Notes: generated by a model not told the origin, from the sequence alone. A DNA stretch of 64,000 bases from an uncultured Desulfomonile sp. (GCA_964542775.1 CAZIVV010000010.1:1-64000); one strand, 5' to 3'. Counted from the first letter of the stretch, positions 51,571 through 62,324 are shown. Program-made: numbers and translations.

Positions 51571-53991
51571 ATGTCACACATCCAGACCGCCAATCAAAGG
51601 GGGTACGGAATGACAGAAACGAACAGGCCAGACCGCCGGACAAGGAACAGGATAGATTTTCTTGTGGATTTTAGGTGGCTACTCGTCAGCATCGTGGCAA
51701 TCCTGACCTTGATCCTTGCTTTTTTCATCCCGAACATCCAGGTTGATCCGACCCTGAAATCGGTGCTGGTTACGTCATCCGATTCATTCCATGAATATGA
51801 CCACTTCCGGAAATTCTTTGATGACGATGAATATGTTGTGGTGACTGTAAAGTCTGCTAGCGGGGTCCCGGACCCCAGCATCCTGGCCTCTGTAGATCAG
51901 ATCACAAAACAACTGAGTCGGGTTGACGGAATCCAGGAGGTTTTAAGTCTTACGAACTTCAAGGTTTATCAGAAACAGGGGCAAAAGCTGTCAAACCAGC
52001 TGTTCGTTGAGAGCCAGGGAGGCCAGCTGACCTTACCTGAACAGACAAAATTTGAAAATGTCAGAAAAGCTATTCCAGTGAGCGATCTACTACTTTCAAA
52101 GGATCATTCGACCCTCGGCATTCTGCTGCGCATCCATGAAAAGTGGAAATTTGATCACAAAACAAACGAAAGAATTTTGTCTGGCGTCGAGGAAATTGTC
52201 AAATCCGGTCTTTCCGCCGGATCCGAATACAGGATAGTCGGTCAGGCGGTATTGCGTCAGGCTATCTTGAAATACACGCTCAAAACGGCCCTGATATTCG
52301 GCATACTTTGTACGGTGATCTGTCTTGCTGTCACTGGCTATGTTTTCAGAAACATCACGGTGACAGTGATGACTATGGCAATACTGGGTCTTTGTGTTCT
52401 CTGGGTAATCGGAATTATGGCAGCGCTAAACATCCCGTTGAATGCCACCACCAGCCTGTCTTTTGGTTTGATCCTGATTACTACCCTTGAACTTGTCATA
52501 CACATGGTTACCAGATATAACCAGTTTCATCAGGAAATTCCAGACAGAATCCTTGCTGTAAAACAGACCGTGCGCTATCTTGCGCGACCTTTTTTCATCT
52601 GTTCAGCCACTACAGCTGTAGGTTTTGGCTCATGCATGATCACATCCATCCCGATGGTTTTTCAGTTGGGGTTGATCATGTCATTGGGGGTGACGATTTC
52701 CCTGTGTCTTGCCATGATTCTTGTCCCAACGGTCATCATTTCCCTAAAATCCATGGACTTGAGGGTGATTGATCGTGAGAGTCAGGATGGAGCTTCGAGG
52801 CTGCTTGAATATGTAATGGACTCGATTCGAAATCACTACCGTTTTTTCACCGCGGTTGGTTTTGTGGCGATCGTGATCATGTTATCCGGCGTGCCCCTGA
52901 TTAGGTCCGACCCACAAATACTGCATCAACTTGGGGAAGCCCGTCCTGAAGTGAAAGACGTGAGATACGTCGAATCTAATCTGGCCAGTATTCATTCAGT
53001 CCAACTGGTTCTGGAATCCAAAGACGGGGCTTTCAGGAAAACCCCAATATGGCAAAAAGTGGCTGAACTCGAAGCCAGACTCGGCGACATTCCTGAGGTA
53101 GTCTCAACGGATTCGCTTCTTTCCTGGCTCGAATATGTAAGAAACATTGTGAGCGCGCAAAAGGATCAGACATCTGACTTGTTCGCCAATCCCGGAATAC
53201 TGCCGCAGATGCTGTTCGTGACATCTTTTACCTCCGATGGCAAGCGACTGATAAGAAAGCATATTGATGATGAATATAATCGTCTGAATATTACTGTCAG
53301 GATCAATAATGACCCTTCTGTCCCGGTGATGGACACCATAAACAGAATAAAATCGCAAGCTCAGGAGGTAATGAAAGACAGCGCCTCGGTTTCTGTGACA
53401 GGTGAACTTGTTGTTATCGCCGCTCAGGGTGATGATCTCATCCGATCGGAAATTGAGTCGATGTTTGTAGCCATAGCGATAATCTCCATGCTCATGATGT
53501 TACAAATGAACTCGGTCAGTTTTGGCCTCATAAGTCTCATCCCAAATGTTCCGCCGGTAGCCACCGTCTTTGGAATAATGGGTTTCATGAAGATACCCCT
53601 GGACGGAGTGACGGTATTTGCGGCTACGGTGGCGGTTGGATTGGCTGTGGACAATACAATTCAGTTTGTAACACAGTTGAAACGTGAAATCAGACTCAAC
53701 CCGGGGATGGATGTTGAGGCCTGTGTGTTCAACGCATACCGTCTGGCGGCAAAACCCATGGCCTCCTGGTCAATTGTCACAGTGCTGGGTTTCCTGGCTA
53801 TGCTCGCCACCCCTTTTCAGGCAGCGGTTTCTTTTGGCATACTGGTTGCCTCAGCCGTTTTTATGGGAATCTTCGCCGATCTGATTTTCATGCAGTCCAT
53901 GATTCTGACTTTTCCGTCAATCAAAAACATCATTCAACGGATTGTGGAGAAGGAGAATCTGGCGGAGAGAAATGCCGAACTCACTACATGA
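51571..53991 (+). CDS. MMPL/RND-superfamily transporter (two 6-TM bundles, two periplasmic loops)
   Basis: Duplicated topology: TM1, a large loop and five TM helices, twice over. The length and hydropathy match MMPL-family lipid exporters (HpnN-like). Confidence 0.8.
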   Translation: MSHIQTANQRGYGMTETNRPDRRTRNRIDFLVDFRWLLVSIVAILTLILAFFIPNIQVDPTLKSVLVTSSDSFHEYDHFRKFFDDDEYVVVTVKSASGVPDPSILASVDQITKQLSRVDGIQEVLSLTNFKVYQKQGQKLSNQLFVESQGGQLTLPEQTKFENVRKAIPVSDLLLSKDHSTLGILLRIHEKWKFDHKTNERILSGVEEIVKSGLSAGSEYRIVGQAVLRQAILKYTLKTALIFGILCTVICLAVTGYVFRNITVTVMTMAILGLCVLWVIGIMAALNIPLNATTSLSFGLILITTLELVIHMVTRYNQFHQEIPDRILAVKQTVRYLARPFFICSATTAVGFGSCMITSIPMVFQLGLIMSLGVTISLCLAMILVPTVIISLKSMDLRVIDRESQDGASRLLEYVMDSIRNHYRFFTAVGFVAIVIMLSGVPLIRSDPQILHQLGEARPEVKDVRYVESNLASIHSVQLVLESKDGAFRKTPIWQKVAELEARLGDIPEVVSTDSLLSWLEYVRNIVSAQKDQTSDLFANPGILPQMLFVTSFTSDGKRLIRKHIDDEYNRLNITVRINNDPSVPVMDTINRIKSQAQEVMKDSASVSVTGELVVIAAQGDDLIRSEIESMFVAIAIISMLMMLQMNSVSFGLISLIPNVPPVATVFGIMGFMKIPLDGVTVFAATVAVGLAVDNTIQFVTQLKREIRLNPGMDVEACVFNAYRLAAKPMASWSIVTVLGFLAMLATPFQAAVSFGILVASAVFMGIFADLIFMQSMILTFPSIKNIIQRIVEKENLAERNAELTT

Positions 53992-54122
53992 TCCAGGGCT
54001 TTGGAGGATGTCTTGTCGGTGTTGAGTTTGATAGCCGGCAGGTCTCGGGAGGCCAAAGCCCTAATCGTTGCGGAACACCTCAGGAAAGAAAGGTAGTTTG
54101 CGCGACTTTCAAGAGAGGAAAC

Positions 54123-54914
54123 ATGTCAGCAATTCGTGGATGTTTTGTTGTTACGGTGTTGGTGGTTTTATTTCCCGTACTTGGCAGCCTGTCTGCTGCC
54201 CTGACTGGAGCAGAGATCATAGAAAAAGCCCAAAAAAAGCAATTAGGCGAATCTTTCAGAGCGTCTCTGGAAATTCAGACTTTTTCAGGAAACCGTAAAA
54301 CCTCCCAACATCAGATGTGGATGATGGGACAGGTGGAAAAAGATTCGACTACTGTTTTCATAGATTTCGTAGAACCCGAGGATTCAAAGGGTGTGAGAAT
54401 TCTTTGCATACTGAGACAGGAAAAGGATCCAGAGGCCTACATGTATCTGCCGGCTACAGGACAGGCTTTTCCAATAGATGTCCGGGATCCGACCACTGAA
54501 ATAGCAGGAACGGGACTCACCATGGCCGATTTTCAGCCCTTAATTCCGGAGAAGGGCGATACAGCGACTTTGTTGAGGGAGGAGAATCTAGACGGTAAGC
54601 CCAGTTACCTGATTCAGATAACAAAAGCAGATTCCGGACAGTCGCGCTATGTCTGGATTGAAAGGGATTCCCTTGATCTGTTAAGGCTGGAAGAAAAAAG
54701 TAAAGATGGGAAAATACTTCGAGAGATGAGGGTCGTCGAATTTTTTGATACCCTCGATGGAAAGCGATACCCGAGAGAAGAGGAAATCGTACTGCCCACA
54801 AAAGATGTAAGAATAAAGATCCGTCAGGAAAACGCCGTCTTTGGAATCACTATTCCTGAGGAACTCACCAATCCAGCGACCTTTGGAAATTTCAAGTGGC
54901 AGGTTCAGTTCTAG
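54123..54914 (+). CDS. Outer-membrane lipoprotein-sorting (LolA-like) protein partnering the MMPL transporter
   Basis: Start set at MSAIRGCFVVTV, a signal peptide. The ~260-aa beta-rich protein follows the MMPL gene directly and overlaps it, a conserved pairing. I assign the family from context and composition, not from a hard motif. Confidence 0.55.
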   Translation: MSAIRGCFVVTVLVVLFPVLGSLSAALTGAEIIEKAQKKQLGESFRASLEIQTFSGNRKTSQHQMWMMGQVEKDSTTVFIDFVEPEDSKGVRILCILRQEKDPEAYMYLPATGQAFPIDVRDPTTEIAGTGLTMADFQPLIPEKGDTATLLREENLDGKPSYLIQITKADSGQSRYVWIERDSLDLLRLEEKSKDGKILREMRVVEFFDTLDGKRYPREEEIVLPTKDVRIKIRQENAVFGITIPEELTNPATFGNFKWQVQF

Positions 54915-55179
54915 TTTTAAAACTCCTGGACTTTTTTGACTTCAAAAATGAATTCCGGGAGATAATTTGTTCCTGATCCGGCTGTTTCAAGGCGATGACT
55001 CATGGGCTGATCTGCCTTGGCAGTAAGGGCTATTTACGTTAATTATGTTGAGAGAGTTTTTTGGTTAGTGTTAAAATCCCATTCTCACAATGGAGAAAAC
55101 CGAATTCATTTTCAATATTCATCTTTCAGGAAGGGATTAAACTATATCTGGCAATCAACGAAATCTTGACGCTTTTGCA

Positions 55180-56034
55180 ATGACAATGCTGCTTGTGTTA
55201 TGCGCGAGTTGGGGATTGCAGCAGGTTGCCATCAAGATTGCGAGTCCGGGAGTTTCACCAATCTTCCAGTCTGGTCTACGGTCGGTTGGCGCCACAATTC
55301 TGATAATCTTGTGGATGTGGTTGAGGAGAGACCCCATTTTTGATCGTGATGGAACTTTGTGGTGGGGACTGGCGGCCGGTGTTCTTTTTGCCCTTGAGTT
55401 CCTGCTTATTTATCTGGGACTTGAGTATACTAATGCGTCGCGGGCGGTCATTTTTCTCTATCTGTCTCCTTTTGTCGTAGCTTTAGGGGCCCAGATTTTT
55501 ATCCCAAATGAAAATTTGAGAGCCATTCAGGTTGTAGGTCTGATTTCGGCGTTTGCGGGCATATTGGTGGCTTTTGGTGAATCATTGAGTTTTCCGACCC
55601 ACCGTATGCTCATCGGCGATTTGATGCTTGCTATAGCCGCTGTTTTCTGGGGAGCCACCACGGTCTTGATCAAAGCCGGTCCTCTGGCATCGGTGTCTCC
55701 AGCAAAAACTCTGCTTTACCAACTTGCCATATCCTCAGTGACGCTGATGGGCTGTTCCGTGGTATGGAACGAGCCCGGTGTTGTTAAAATGACGCCTCTA
55801 ATCGCATTGAGTCTCATTTATCAAACTCTATGGATAGCAACAATCACGTATCTTGCCTGGTTTTGGCTGATCTCGAGGTACCCGTCATATAAACTGGCTT
55901 CTTTTACTTTCCTTACCCCACTGTTCGGCGTGCTGTCAGGAGGTATGATTCTGAATGAACCAATAACCCTTTCCTTGCTCGTAGCGCTGGTCCTGGTGGG
56001 AACAGGAATCTGCCTGGTAAACAAAAAAGCCTGA
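55180..56034 (+). CDS. DMT-superfamily (EamA-like) transporter
   Basis: Ten predicted TM helices in two five-TM halves, for a 284-aa protein. Confidence 0.8.
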   Translation: MTMLLVLCASWGLQQVAIKIASPGVSPIFQSGLRSVGATILIILWMWLRRDPIFDRDGTLWWGLAAGVLFALEFLLIYLGLEYTNASRAVIFLYLSPFVVALGAQIFIPNENLRAIQVVGLISAFAGILVAFGESLSFPTHRMLIGDLMLAIAAVFWGATTVLIKAGPLASVSPAKTLLYQLAISSVTLMGCSVVWNEPGVVKMTPLIALSLIYQTLWIATITYLAWFWLISRYPSYKLASFTFLTPLFGVLSGGMILNEPITLSLLVALVLVGTGICLVNKKA

Positions 56035-56142
56035 AATAGTTGTCAAAAAGCGAATGGCCAAACAGGGCAGGTGTAGGTTTCAAGTGTTTCACGCGCCGTC
56101 CTGACGTTAAATTTTCCTGGAAAAGATGAGCGCCCTGTTGTT

Positions 56143-58773
56143 TTAGACTGCCATGACAGAATTGTGAATGACAAAACCAAATGTAACGGCTACCAGAATC
56201 GCAAAGATCACATGTGGAGTAATGCCGACAATTCTGTTCAGCTTCCTGGCCGGCGCCGCAATACCAAGTCGGTATATGGTGATGAGAGTCCACACGAGGC
56301 CCAGCAGAACAATCCCCATCTGGAAAACGTAGATCATCTGGACTGAAACAGCTCTTCCCTCCGGAATGGAAACTGAGTTGATTCCAAGATATTGAGCCAT
56401 TAATCCAAGTATCTGAGGCCCGGTGGTAAAGAGATAAAACGCGTGGAATGCCAGAAACGACATTGCGGTAAGTGGTAACAGCGCAAGGGCAAACCGCGAA
56501 TAATTCTCCCAGAATCGTTCCTTGAAGAGACGGTGAGAAAACCCTACGGCAAGCATTGAAAACAGATTTACCAGAGCGATCAGTCCTGTAAAGACAATTG
56601 TAAATCTTAACATGAAATTGTCAGGCGCCCACGAAAGCATTTGCCCGAACCATGTTCCTCGGGTCAGAATGTCTCCGAGCAGTCCACCGATGAGTCCAAG
56701 GACCAGGAAGCCTGTTCCCGCCCGGACATATCGAACTTCACCAAGTTCGTATCCAGGTATTCTAAGGTTAAGCCTGATAGCCGAGTGTGGGCAGTTCTTT
56801 ACGCAATTACCGCAGAGTTTGCAGAATTGATTGCTATGAAGCGTGGCTACCACCTGTCCGAAAGGGCATCCCTCAGCCTTATCTGTCCCCAAATAACATT
56901 CCTGTGAATGGCAGCTCGATAGACATACGGCGTTATCTGCCCTTAACTCGAGCATCGATACTCGTGCAAGCAAACCGTTCATGCCGCCAAGAGGGCAAAT
57001 ATATCTGCACCACGCCTGTCGCGCCCATATGGTATTAAGAGCAAAGGCTATGACGAACATGCTCAGGAGCAGGAGTCCGAGGTTGAAAGGAGAACTGCGT
57101 ATATCAGTGGCGCATTCCATCCAGATGATCGACAGTATTCCTCCTGCTATCAGAAAGTCACTTCTCGTGGTAAGCGCAGCGGGGAAAGGGATCTCGAGCG
57201 ATACAATCCTCTTGGCCAGTTTGCTCAGTGCTCCGATAGCGCAAACACTGCAAAGGATTCTTGCTCCAAAAAGGGCTCCTATTATCATACCGGGCCATGC
57301 CAGAGACCACATGACCATTGCGGCCAGGTTTTTTGATGGATCTGGGGGCCCCAGAAAAAGCATTAGCAAAATGGCGATAAAGATAGGAACAAAAGCGCTT
57401 TGCAGAATTGCCGGAAAGAGGGGACTTTTTAACGCCTGATAGATGGGTTTAATTTGTAGCAGATTGTATTTGGCCTTTGATTGGGTTTTTCTCGGGTCAA
57501 GTATGAGGTCCTGACGTCTGACAAATTCTCCTGGGGCGACCACAACGGCCTGTCTCATCGCGTTTGCCAATTCCAGGTCGTTGCCCGGCCATGAGTAGTC
57601 CATCATGGCCTTTAGCGTCAGATCGGCCAGCTTCGGAATCCTTGTGTTCATCTCTCTGGCATAATGCTCAAGATAACTTTGAGCCAAAGAAGGTATCAGT
57701 TCACGCCTGTCTCTGAGTGGCGGAATGACCAGGGATTTGTCCGAAAGTTCAAATAAAAGCGGGTTTGTTTCAGGATCATATTTTGAGGGGTGAAGATTTG
57801 TGTGACATATAAGTCTGAAACTGACCTGAATTGGCTTATTACTCCCAAGGGGGCAGTAGACACCAGTCTTCAGGGCGTCGAGAAGTTTTTGCTGGGTGAC
57901 AGCGGTCAGATACTGGGCCCCTCTTATAAAAAGAGCGCCATTCCTTGCCAGTTCAATGTAGCCTCTGGAAGTTTTGATGGCGCCCCTCTGACTGGTCGTC
58001 TGGTATCCGAAAAGGAACTTTATCTGCTCAATAGTCCTGGAACCTTCGTCTGCGACCGTTGCCCCTCTTCGGGTGAGGAAAAATGAACTTGAATGGATGG
58101 TTCTGGCAGTGACAGGAACCAGGACTTCTTTGAAGTCATCGGCCGCGTCAAAAATTGCGTATGCCAGTATGTCTTTCCCGACTCCCCTCTCTCCTGATAT
58201 GATGACTGAATCATTGGAGCATGCCAAGTCACAGAAGCGCGACTGGACATCCTGGGGTAGTCCTGGGTGAGCGGGATATGCGCAGGTAGCCGGAACCCCG
58301 GGGTCATGCTTTTTTACCGGTGTGGCAAAGTCGTCGCGATCTACCTTGACCGTTTTTCTGCCCAGAGATTTCAACAGCTCAACCGTGAAATCCGGAATTT
58401 CACGCAGTATTCTCTGAAAACGGTCTATGGATATTTCAAGGAAGCGACAGTCGTCCGCAGCGATTAATGTAGCCGCCGTTGGCCACGACCTTCCCGTAAG
58501 AAACGCAAGGTCTCCAAAAACATCCCCAGGTTCAAGAGAGTCAAGGACAACCTCTTGCGCGGCTCTGTAACCCATAGACAATTCAGCTTTGCCAGACAAA
58601 AGACAGAGGATTCGTTGCTGTCCTTCGGGTCCACTCGAGATGATTTCACCTCGGGTAAAGTCCAGAACCGAAAACTTTTCCGTCAAAAGAGGCTGAAAAA
58701 TGACCGGAGCCTTTTGGAGGGAATCAGCTACCGGTTCTGGCAGTAATATTCTGTCAGGCATTTCTCCGTACAA
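56143..58773 (-). CDS. Fusion protein: cNMP-binding domain + degenerate sigma-54-activator-like AAA+ domain + C-terminal membrane polyferredoxin (NapH/MauN/CcoG-like) domain, with no DNA-binding HTH
   Basis: Crp-like cNMP fold (GDVFGDLAFLTGRSWPTAATL). AAA+ region with an altered Walker A (GERGVGKD), no GAFTGA loop (FGYQTTSQRGA), Walker B DE replaced (GALFIRGAQY), but a retained WPGNDLELAN. Six or more TM helices carry the Cys clusters CRYICPLGG, CLSSCHSQEC and CKLCGNCVKNCP. Confidence 0.65.
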   Translation of the reverse strand: MYGEMPDRILLPEPVADSLQKAPVIFQPLLTEKFSVLDFTRGEIISSGPEGQQRILCLLSGKAELSMGYRAAQEVVLDSLEPGDVFGDLAFLTGRSWPTAATLIAADDCRFLEISIDRFQRILREIPDFTVELLKSLGRKTVKVDRDDFATPVKKHDPGVPATCAYPAHPGLPQDVQSRFCDLACSNDSVIISGERGVGKDILAYAIFDAADDFKEVLVPVTARTIHSSSFFLTRRGATVADEGSRTIEQIKFLFGYQTTSQRGAIKTSRGYIELARNGALFIRGAQYLTAVTQQKLLDALKTGVYCPLGSNKPIQVSFRLICHTNLHPSKYDPETNPLLFELSDKSLVIPPLRDRRELIPSLAQSYLEHYAREMNTRIPKLADLTLKAMMDYSWPGNDLELANAMRQAVVVAPGEFVRRQDLILDPRKTQSKAKYNLLQIKPIYQALKSPLFPAILQSAFVPIFIAILLMLFLGPPDPSKNLAAMVMWSLAWPGMIIGALFGARILCSVCAIGALSKLAKRIVSLEIPFPAALTTRSDFLIAGGILSIIWMECATDIRSSPFNLGLLLLSMFVIAFALNTIWARQAWCRYICPLGGMNGLLARVSMLELRADNAVCLSSCHSQECYLGTDKAEGCPFGQVVATLHSNQFCKLCGNCVKNCPHSAIRLNLRIPGYELGEVRYVRAGTGFLVLGLIGGLLGDILTRGTWFGQMLSWAPDNFMLRFTIVFTGLIALVNLFSMLAVGFSHRLFKERFWENYSRFALALLPLTAMSFLAFHAFYLFTTGPQILGLMAQYLGINSVSIPEGRAVSVQMIYVFQMGIVLLGLVWTLITIYRLGIAAPARKLNRIVGITPHVIFAILVAVTFGFVIHNSVMAV

Positions 58774-58868
58774 CCCGTCTCTTCCAAATAATGCGACTGA
58801 ACAGAATTATAGCACAAGCTAACCATGGTGTCTGCCAACAGTTAGTGTTGGTGGCTGTTAAAGGAGCT

Positions 58869-59087
58869 CTATTTGCACTCCCTGCAACTATTCACAACCT
58901 TGCCGCCTTCTTTTTCACATTCTGATTTGGTGTGAAGTTTGTCACAGTTGTTCTTGTCGTGACAGCAGTAAACTTTTTGGTCCTTGACTGATTTGTTCTC
59001 ATGAGCGTTGAGAGTTGCAGAGCCGATAAAGGCCAGTATTCCGCACAGAGCCAGGAACGTTTTCATGAATCTCCTCCAAACTTTCAA
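58869..59087 (-). CDS. Small exported Cys/His/Lys-rich protein (72 aa), possible metal-binding periplasmic protein
   Basis: Signal peptide, then CCHDKNNCDKLHTKSECEKEGGKVVNSCRECK. Located 52 nt downstream of the RND pump gene on the same strand. Confidence 0.4.
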   Translation of the reverse strand: MKVWRRFMKTFLALCGILAFIGSATLNAHENKSVKDQKVYCCHDKNNCDKLHTKSECEKEGGKVVNSCRECK

Positions 59088-59139
59088 TTAGTCTTGTTTT
59101 AATAAATGCTTAGGCACACGTAACCTTTATGCGTTGTTG

Positions 59140-62100
59140 TCAGGAGCGATTGATTCTGTTTTCGATGGTTGAGTATAGAGCTGGCAAGACCAGCATGGTG
59201 AGCATGGTGCTTGAAATGAGTCCGCCGATGATAACCGTAGCCAAAGGTTTTTGGACCTCGGATCCCGTACCGGTAGCCAGAGCCATTGGCAAAAAACCTA
59301 AAGAGGCCACCAGGGCTGTCATCAAGACAGGCCTGAGCCGGGTAAGAGCCCCTTCAACTATCGCATCCCGCAGAGGGTTCCCTTCATCACGCAATTTGTT
59401 GATGAAAGTCACCATCACCAGACCGTTGAGTACGGCTACTCCGGACAGCGCTATGAAGCCAACTGAAGCCGATATTGAAAGAGGAATGTCTCTGAGCCAC
59501 AACGCTGCTACTCCTCCGGTCATAGCCAGTGGAACGCCTGTAAAAACCAGCAATGAGTGTCGGGCTGACCCGAACGCAGCATAAAGCAGACCAAAAATCA
59601 GCAGGAGAACTATCGGAACCACTATTTGCAATCGCTTGGTAGCCGACAGAAGCTGTTCGAATTCTCCACCCCATGTGATCCAGTAACCGGGTGGCAGCTT
59701 GATCTTTTCCGCAATCACTCTCTGGGACTCCTCCATGAAGGATCCCAGGTCACGATCACGGACATTGGCCGTCACTACTACCCGCCTTTTGCCATCTTCC
59801 CTGCTGATCTGATTTGGGCCAGTGTCAACTACCAAGTCCGCAATTGCGCCAAGTTCCACAAAATACCGGTGACTCCTGGCTTCAGAAACATTGTAGGATA
59901 CCATTAGCGGGTCAGTAGATGTCTCCCGCTGAGGCAGAGGAATGGGAAGCCTCTTGAGAGCCTCAATGTTCGTTCTCATGTTTTCAGGAAGCCTCACGAT
60001 AATGTCAAAACGACGATCCCCCTCAAAAACCAGGCCGGCGTTTTTGCCACCAATCGCAATCTCAACAATGTTCTGCACATCGCTCACGTTAAGACCATAG
60101 CGGGACATTTCCGGTCTCTTCATCCTTACGGTCAACGCCGGCAAACCTGAAACCTGCTCAACCCTCACATGTGTGGCGCCCTCGACCTTTTTGAGAACTT
60201 CGGAAACCTCTTCAGCCTGTTCAAGCATGATAGCCATGTCGTCTCCAAAGACCTTGACCGCTACATCACTCAGCACCCCTGCCAGCAAATGATTGAAACG
60301 CATCCTTATTGGCTGGCTGAACTCAAAATTTGTTCCAGGAAGTTCATTGGCTGTTTTCTCCATCTGCTTCACAAGCTCTGCTTTGGGTAGATTCGGGTCC
60401 GGCCACTGAGATCGGGGTTTAAGTATTACCGTCTTGTCTCCGATACTCGGAGGATGCGGTTCAGTAGCTATTTCTGATGTGCCAACCCTGCCGGTTATGG
60501 TTTCGATTTGGGGATAATTCTGCAGCAGTGTCTTCGCCACGCGCGATTGCAGATCCACGGCCTGTGAAAGACTGGTTTCAGGGATTCTCAGAGTGTGTAT
60601 GGCAATGTCACCTTCGTCCAGGCTTGGAACGAACTCTCTTCCCAATCGTGTGAGCGTCGCTATACTTAGAATGACCACCATGAAAGCCGTTGTTAGAACC
60701 AGGGCCCTGTTGTTTAAGGAGAAAATCAGAACAGGCCGGTAAAGCTTCTTGGTGAGGGAACTGATAACATTTTCTTTGCGGGAAACTTTCGGTTTTAGGA
60801 AAACCGTGACAGCTGCGGGAACAAAGGTGAAAGACAGCAACAGCGCTCCTGTAAGGGCGAGAAGCATCGTAAGCGCCATAGGCACGAACATCTTGCCTTC
60901 TACTCCAGTCATGGTGAGTATAGGCAAATATACAATCATGATTATTAATTCGCCAAATAACATCGGACGTCTTACTTCCTGAGACGCCTCGTGGATTATT
61001 TTAATTCTCTTGGAAAGGCTAAGTTTTTCTGATCCTTCCCTTTGCGCTTCGGAAAGTTTTCTGGCGCAGTTCTCCACTATTACCACTGCGCCGTCAATAA
61101 TGATGCCAAAGTCTATGGCCCCCAGGCTCATCAGGTTGGCCGTAAGTCTGGAGCTAACCATCCCTGTTGCGGTGAACAGCATTGACAGAGGAATGACGGA
61201 GGCGGTAATCAGCGCAGCTCTTACATTTCCCAGGAACAGGAAAAGAATGATGATCACCAGAATAGCCCCTTCGCTAAGGCTGAGCCAAACCGTGCTTATG
61301 GTCCTTTCTACAAGTGTGGTCCTGTCATAGACAGGCTTGGCCGCAACACCGGGCGGAAGGGTCTTGTTGATTTCCTCAAGTTTTTTCTGCGCCCGCTTCG
61401 CTACAACCCGACTGTTCTCACCCATTAACATGAAAACAGTGCCAAGAACAGTCTCGTGCCCGTCTTTTGTCGCAGCGCCTGTCCTGAGTTCCTTCCCAAG
61501 GCCAACCTCAGCCACATCCCGAATAAGAACAGGAATTCCCCTGACGTTCTTGACGATAATGTTTGAGATGTCATTAAGGTCGGCTACCTGTCCAGGCGCC
61601 CTCACAAGGAGTTGGCCTGCGCTACCCTCTATGTATCCTGCTCCAACGTTGGCGTTGTTAAGATTCAGAGCAGTTATGACATCCGAAAAAGTTAGTCCGT
61701 TTGCAATTAGTCTGTAAGGATCCGGAGTAATGTGAAACTGCTTGTCGTACCCGCCAATCGTGTTTATTTCCGTAACTCCCGGGGTGTTTCGAAGTTGCGG
61801 CCTTATTATCCAGTCCTGGATGGTTCTCAGGTCTGTGATTGAATATGGCGTTCCGTCAGCTTTTTGGGCATCTTTGCCGGCTTCAACCGTCCACATGAAT
61901 ATTTCGCCCAGACCTGTGGATATCGGACCCATTACCGGCTCAATTCCAGGGGGAAGCTTACCCTGTATTTCCTGAAGCCTTTCGCTTACAACCCGTCTGG
62001 CAAAGTAAACATCCGTATCATCTTCGAATATTATCGTTATGAGCGCAATCCCATACTGCGAGAGTGACCTGGTTTTCACCAGATGTGGAAGCCCAGCCAT

Positions 62101-62316
62101 TCCTGTTTCGAGCGGAAAAGTTATCCGCTGTTCAATCTCCAGAGGAGATAGTCCGCTAGCCTGAGCTGTCACCTGAACCTGGACATTGGTGATGTCTGGA
62201 ACGGCGTCTATGTTGAGTCTCGCTATGCTGTATACGCCGAGACCTGCCATGACCATGGTCAACCCGATCATTATCCATCGGTGATTAATGGAGAACTTCA
62301 GTATCTCTGATATCAT
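59140..62316 (-). CDS. Heavy-metal efflux RND transporter (CusA/CzcA family)
   Basis: 1058 aa with 12 TM helices and the two large periplasmic loops of the HME-RND architecture. Coupled to an upstream adaptor gene. Confidence 0.9.
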   Translation of the reverse strand: MISEILKFSINHRWIMIGLTMVMAGLGVYSIARLNIDAVPDITNVQVQVTAQASGLSPLEIEQRITFPLETGMAGLPHLVKTRSLSQYGIALITIIFEDDTDVYFARRVVSERLQEIQGKLPPGIEPVMGPISTGLGEIFMWTVEAGKDAQKADGTPYSITDLRTIQDWIIRPQLRNTPGVTEINTIGGYDKQFHITPDPYRLIANGLTFSDVITALNLNNANVGAGYIEGSAGQLLVRAPGQVADLNDISNIIVKNVRGIPVLIRDVAEVGLGKELRTGAATKDGHETVLGTVFMLMGENSRVVAKRAQKKLEEINKTLPPGVAAKPVYDRTTLVERTISTVWLSLSEGAILVIIILFLFLGNVRAALITASVIPLSMLFTATGMVSSRLTANLMSLGAIDFGIIIDGAVVIVENCARKLSEAQREGSEKLSLSKRIKIIHEASQEVRRPMLFGELIIMIVYLPILTMTGVEGKMFVPMALTMLLALTGALLLSFTFVPAAVTVFLKPKVSRKENVISSLTKKLYRPVLIFSLNNRALVLTTAFMVVILSIATLTRLGREFVPSLDEGDIAIHTLRIPETSLSQAVDLQSRVAKTLLQNYPQIETITGRVGTSEIATEPHPPSIGDKTVILKPRSQWPDPNLPKAELVKQMEKTANELPGTNFEFSQPIRMRFNHLLAGVLSDVAVKVFGDDMAIMLEQAEEVSEVLKKVEGATHVRVEQVSGLPALTVRMKRPEMSRYGLNVSDVQNIVEIAIGGKNAGLVFEGDRRFDIIVRLPENMRTNIEALKRLPIPLPQRETSTDPLMVSYNVSEARSHRYFVELGAIADLVVDTGPNQISREDGKRRVVVTANVRDRDLGSFMEESQRVIAEKIKLPPGYWITWGGEFEQLLSATKRLQIVVPIVLLLIFGLLYAAFGSARHSLLVFTGVPLAMTGGVAALWLRDIPLSISASVGFIALSGVAVLNGLVMVTFINKLRDEGNPLRDAIVEGALTRLRPVLMTALVASLGFLPMALATGTGSEVQKPLATVIIGGLISSTMLTMLVLPALYSTIENRINRS

Positions 62317-62324
62317 GTCTGTTC

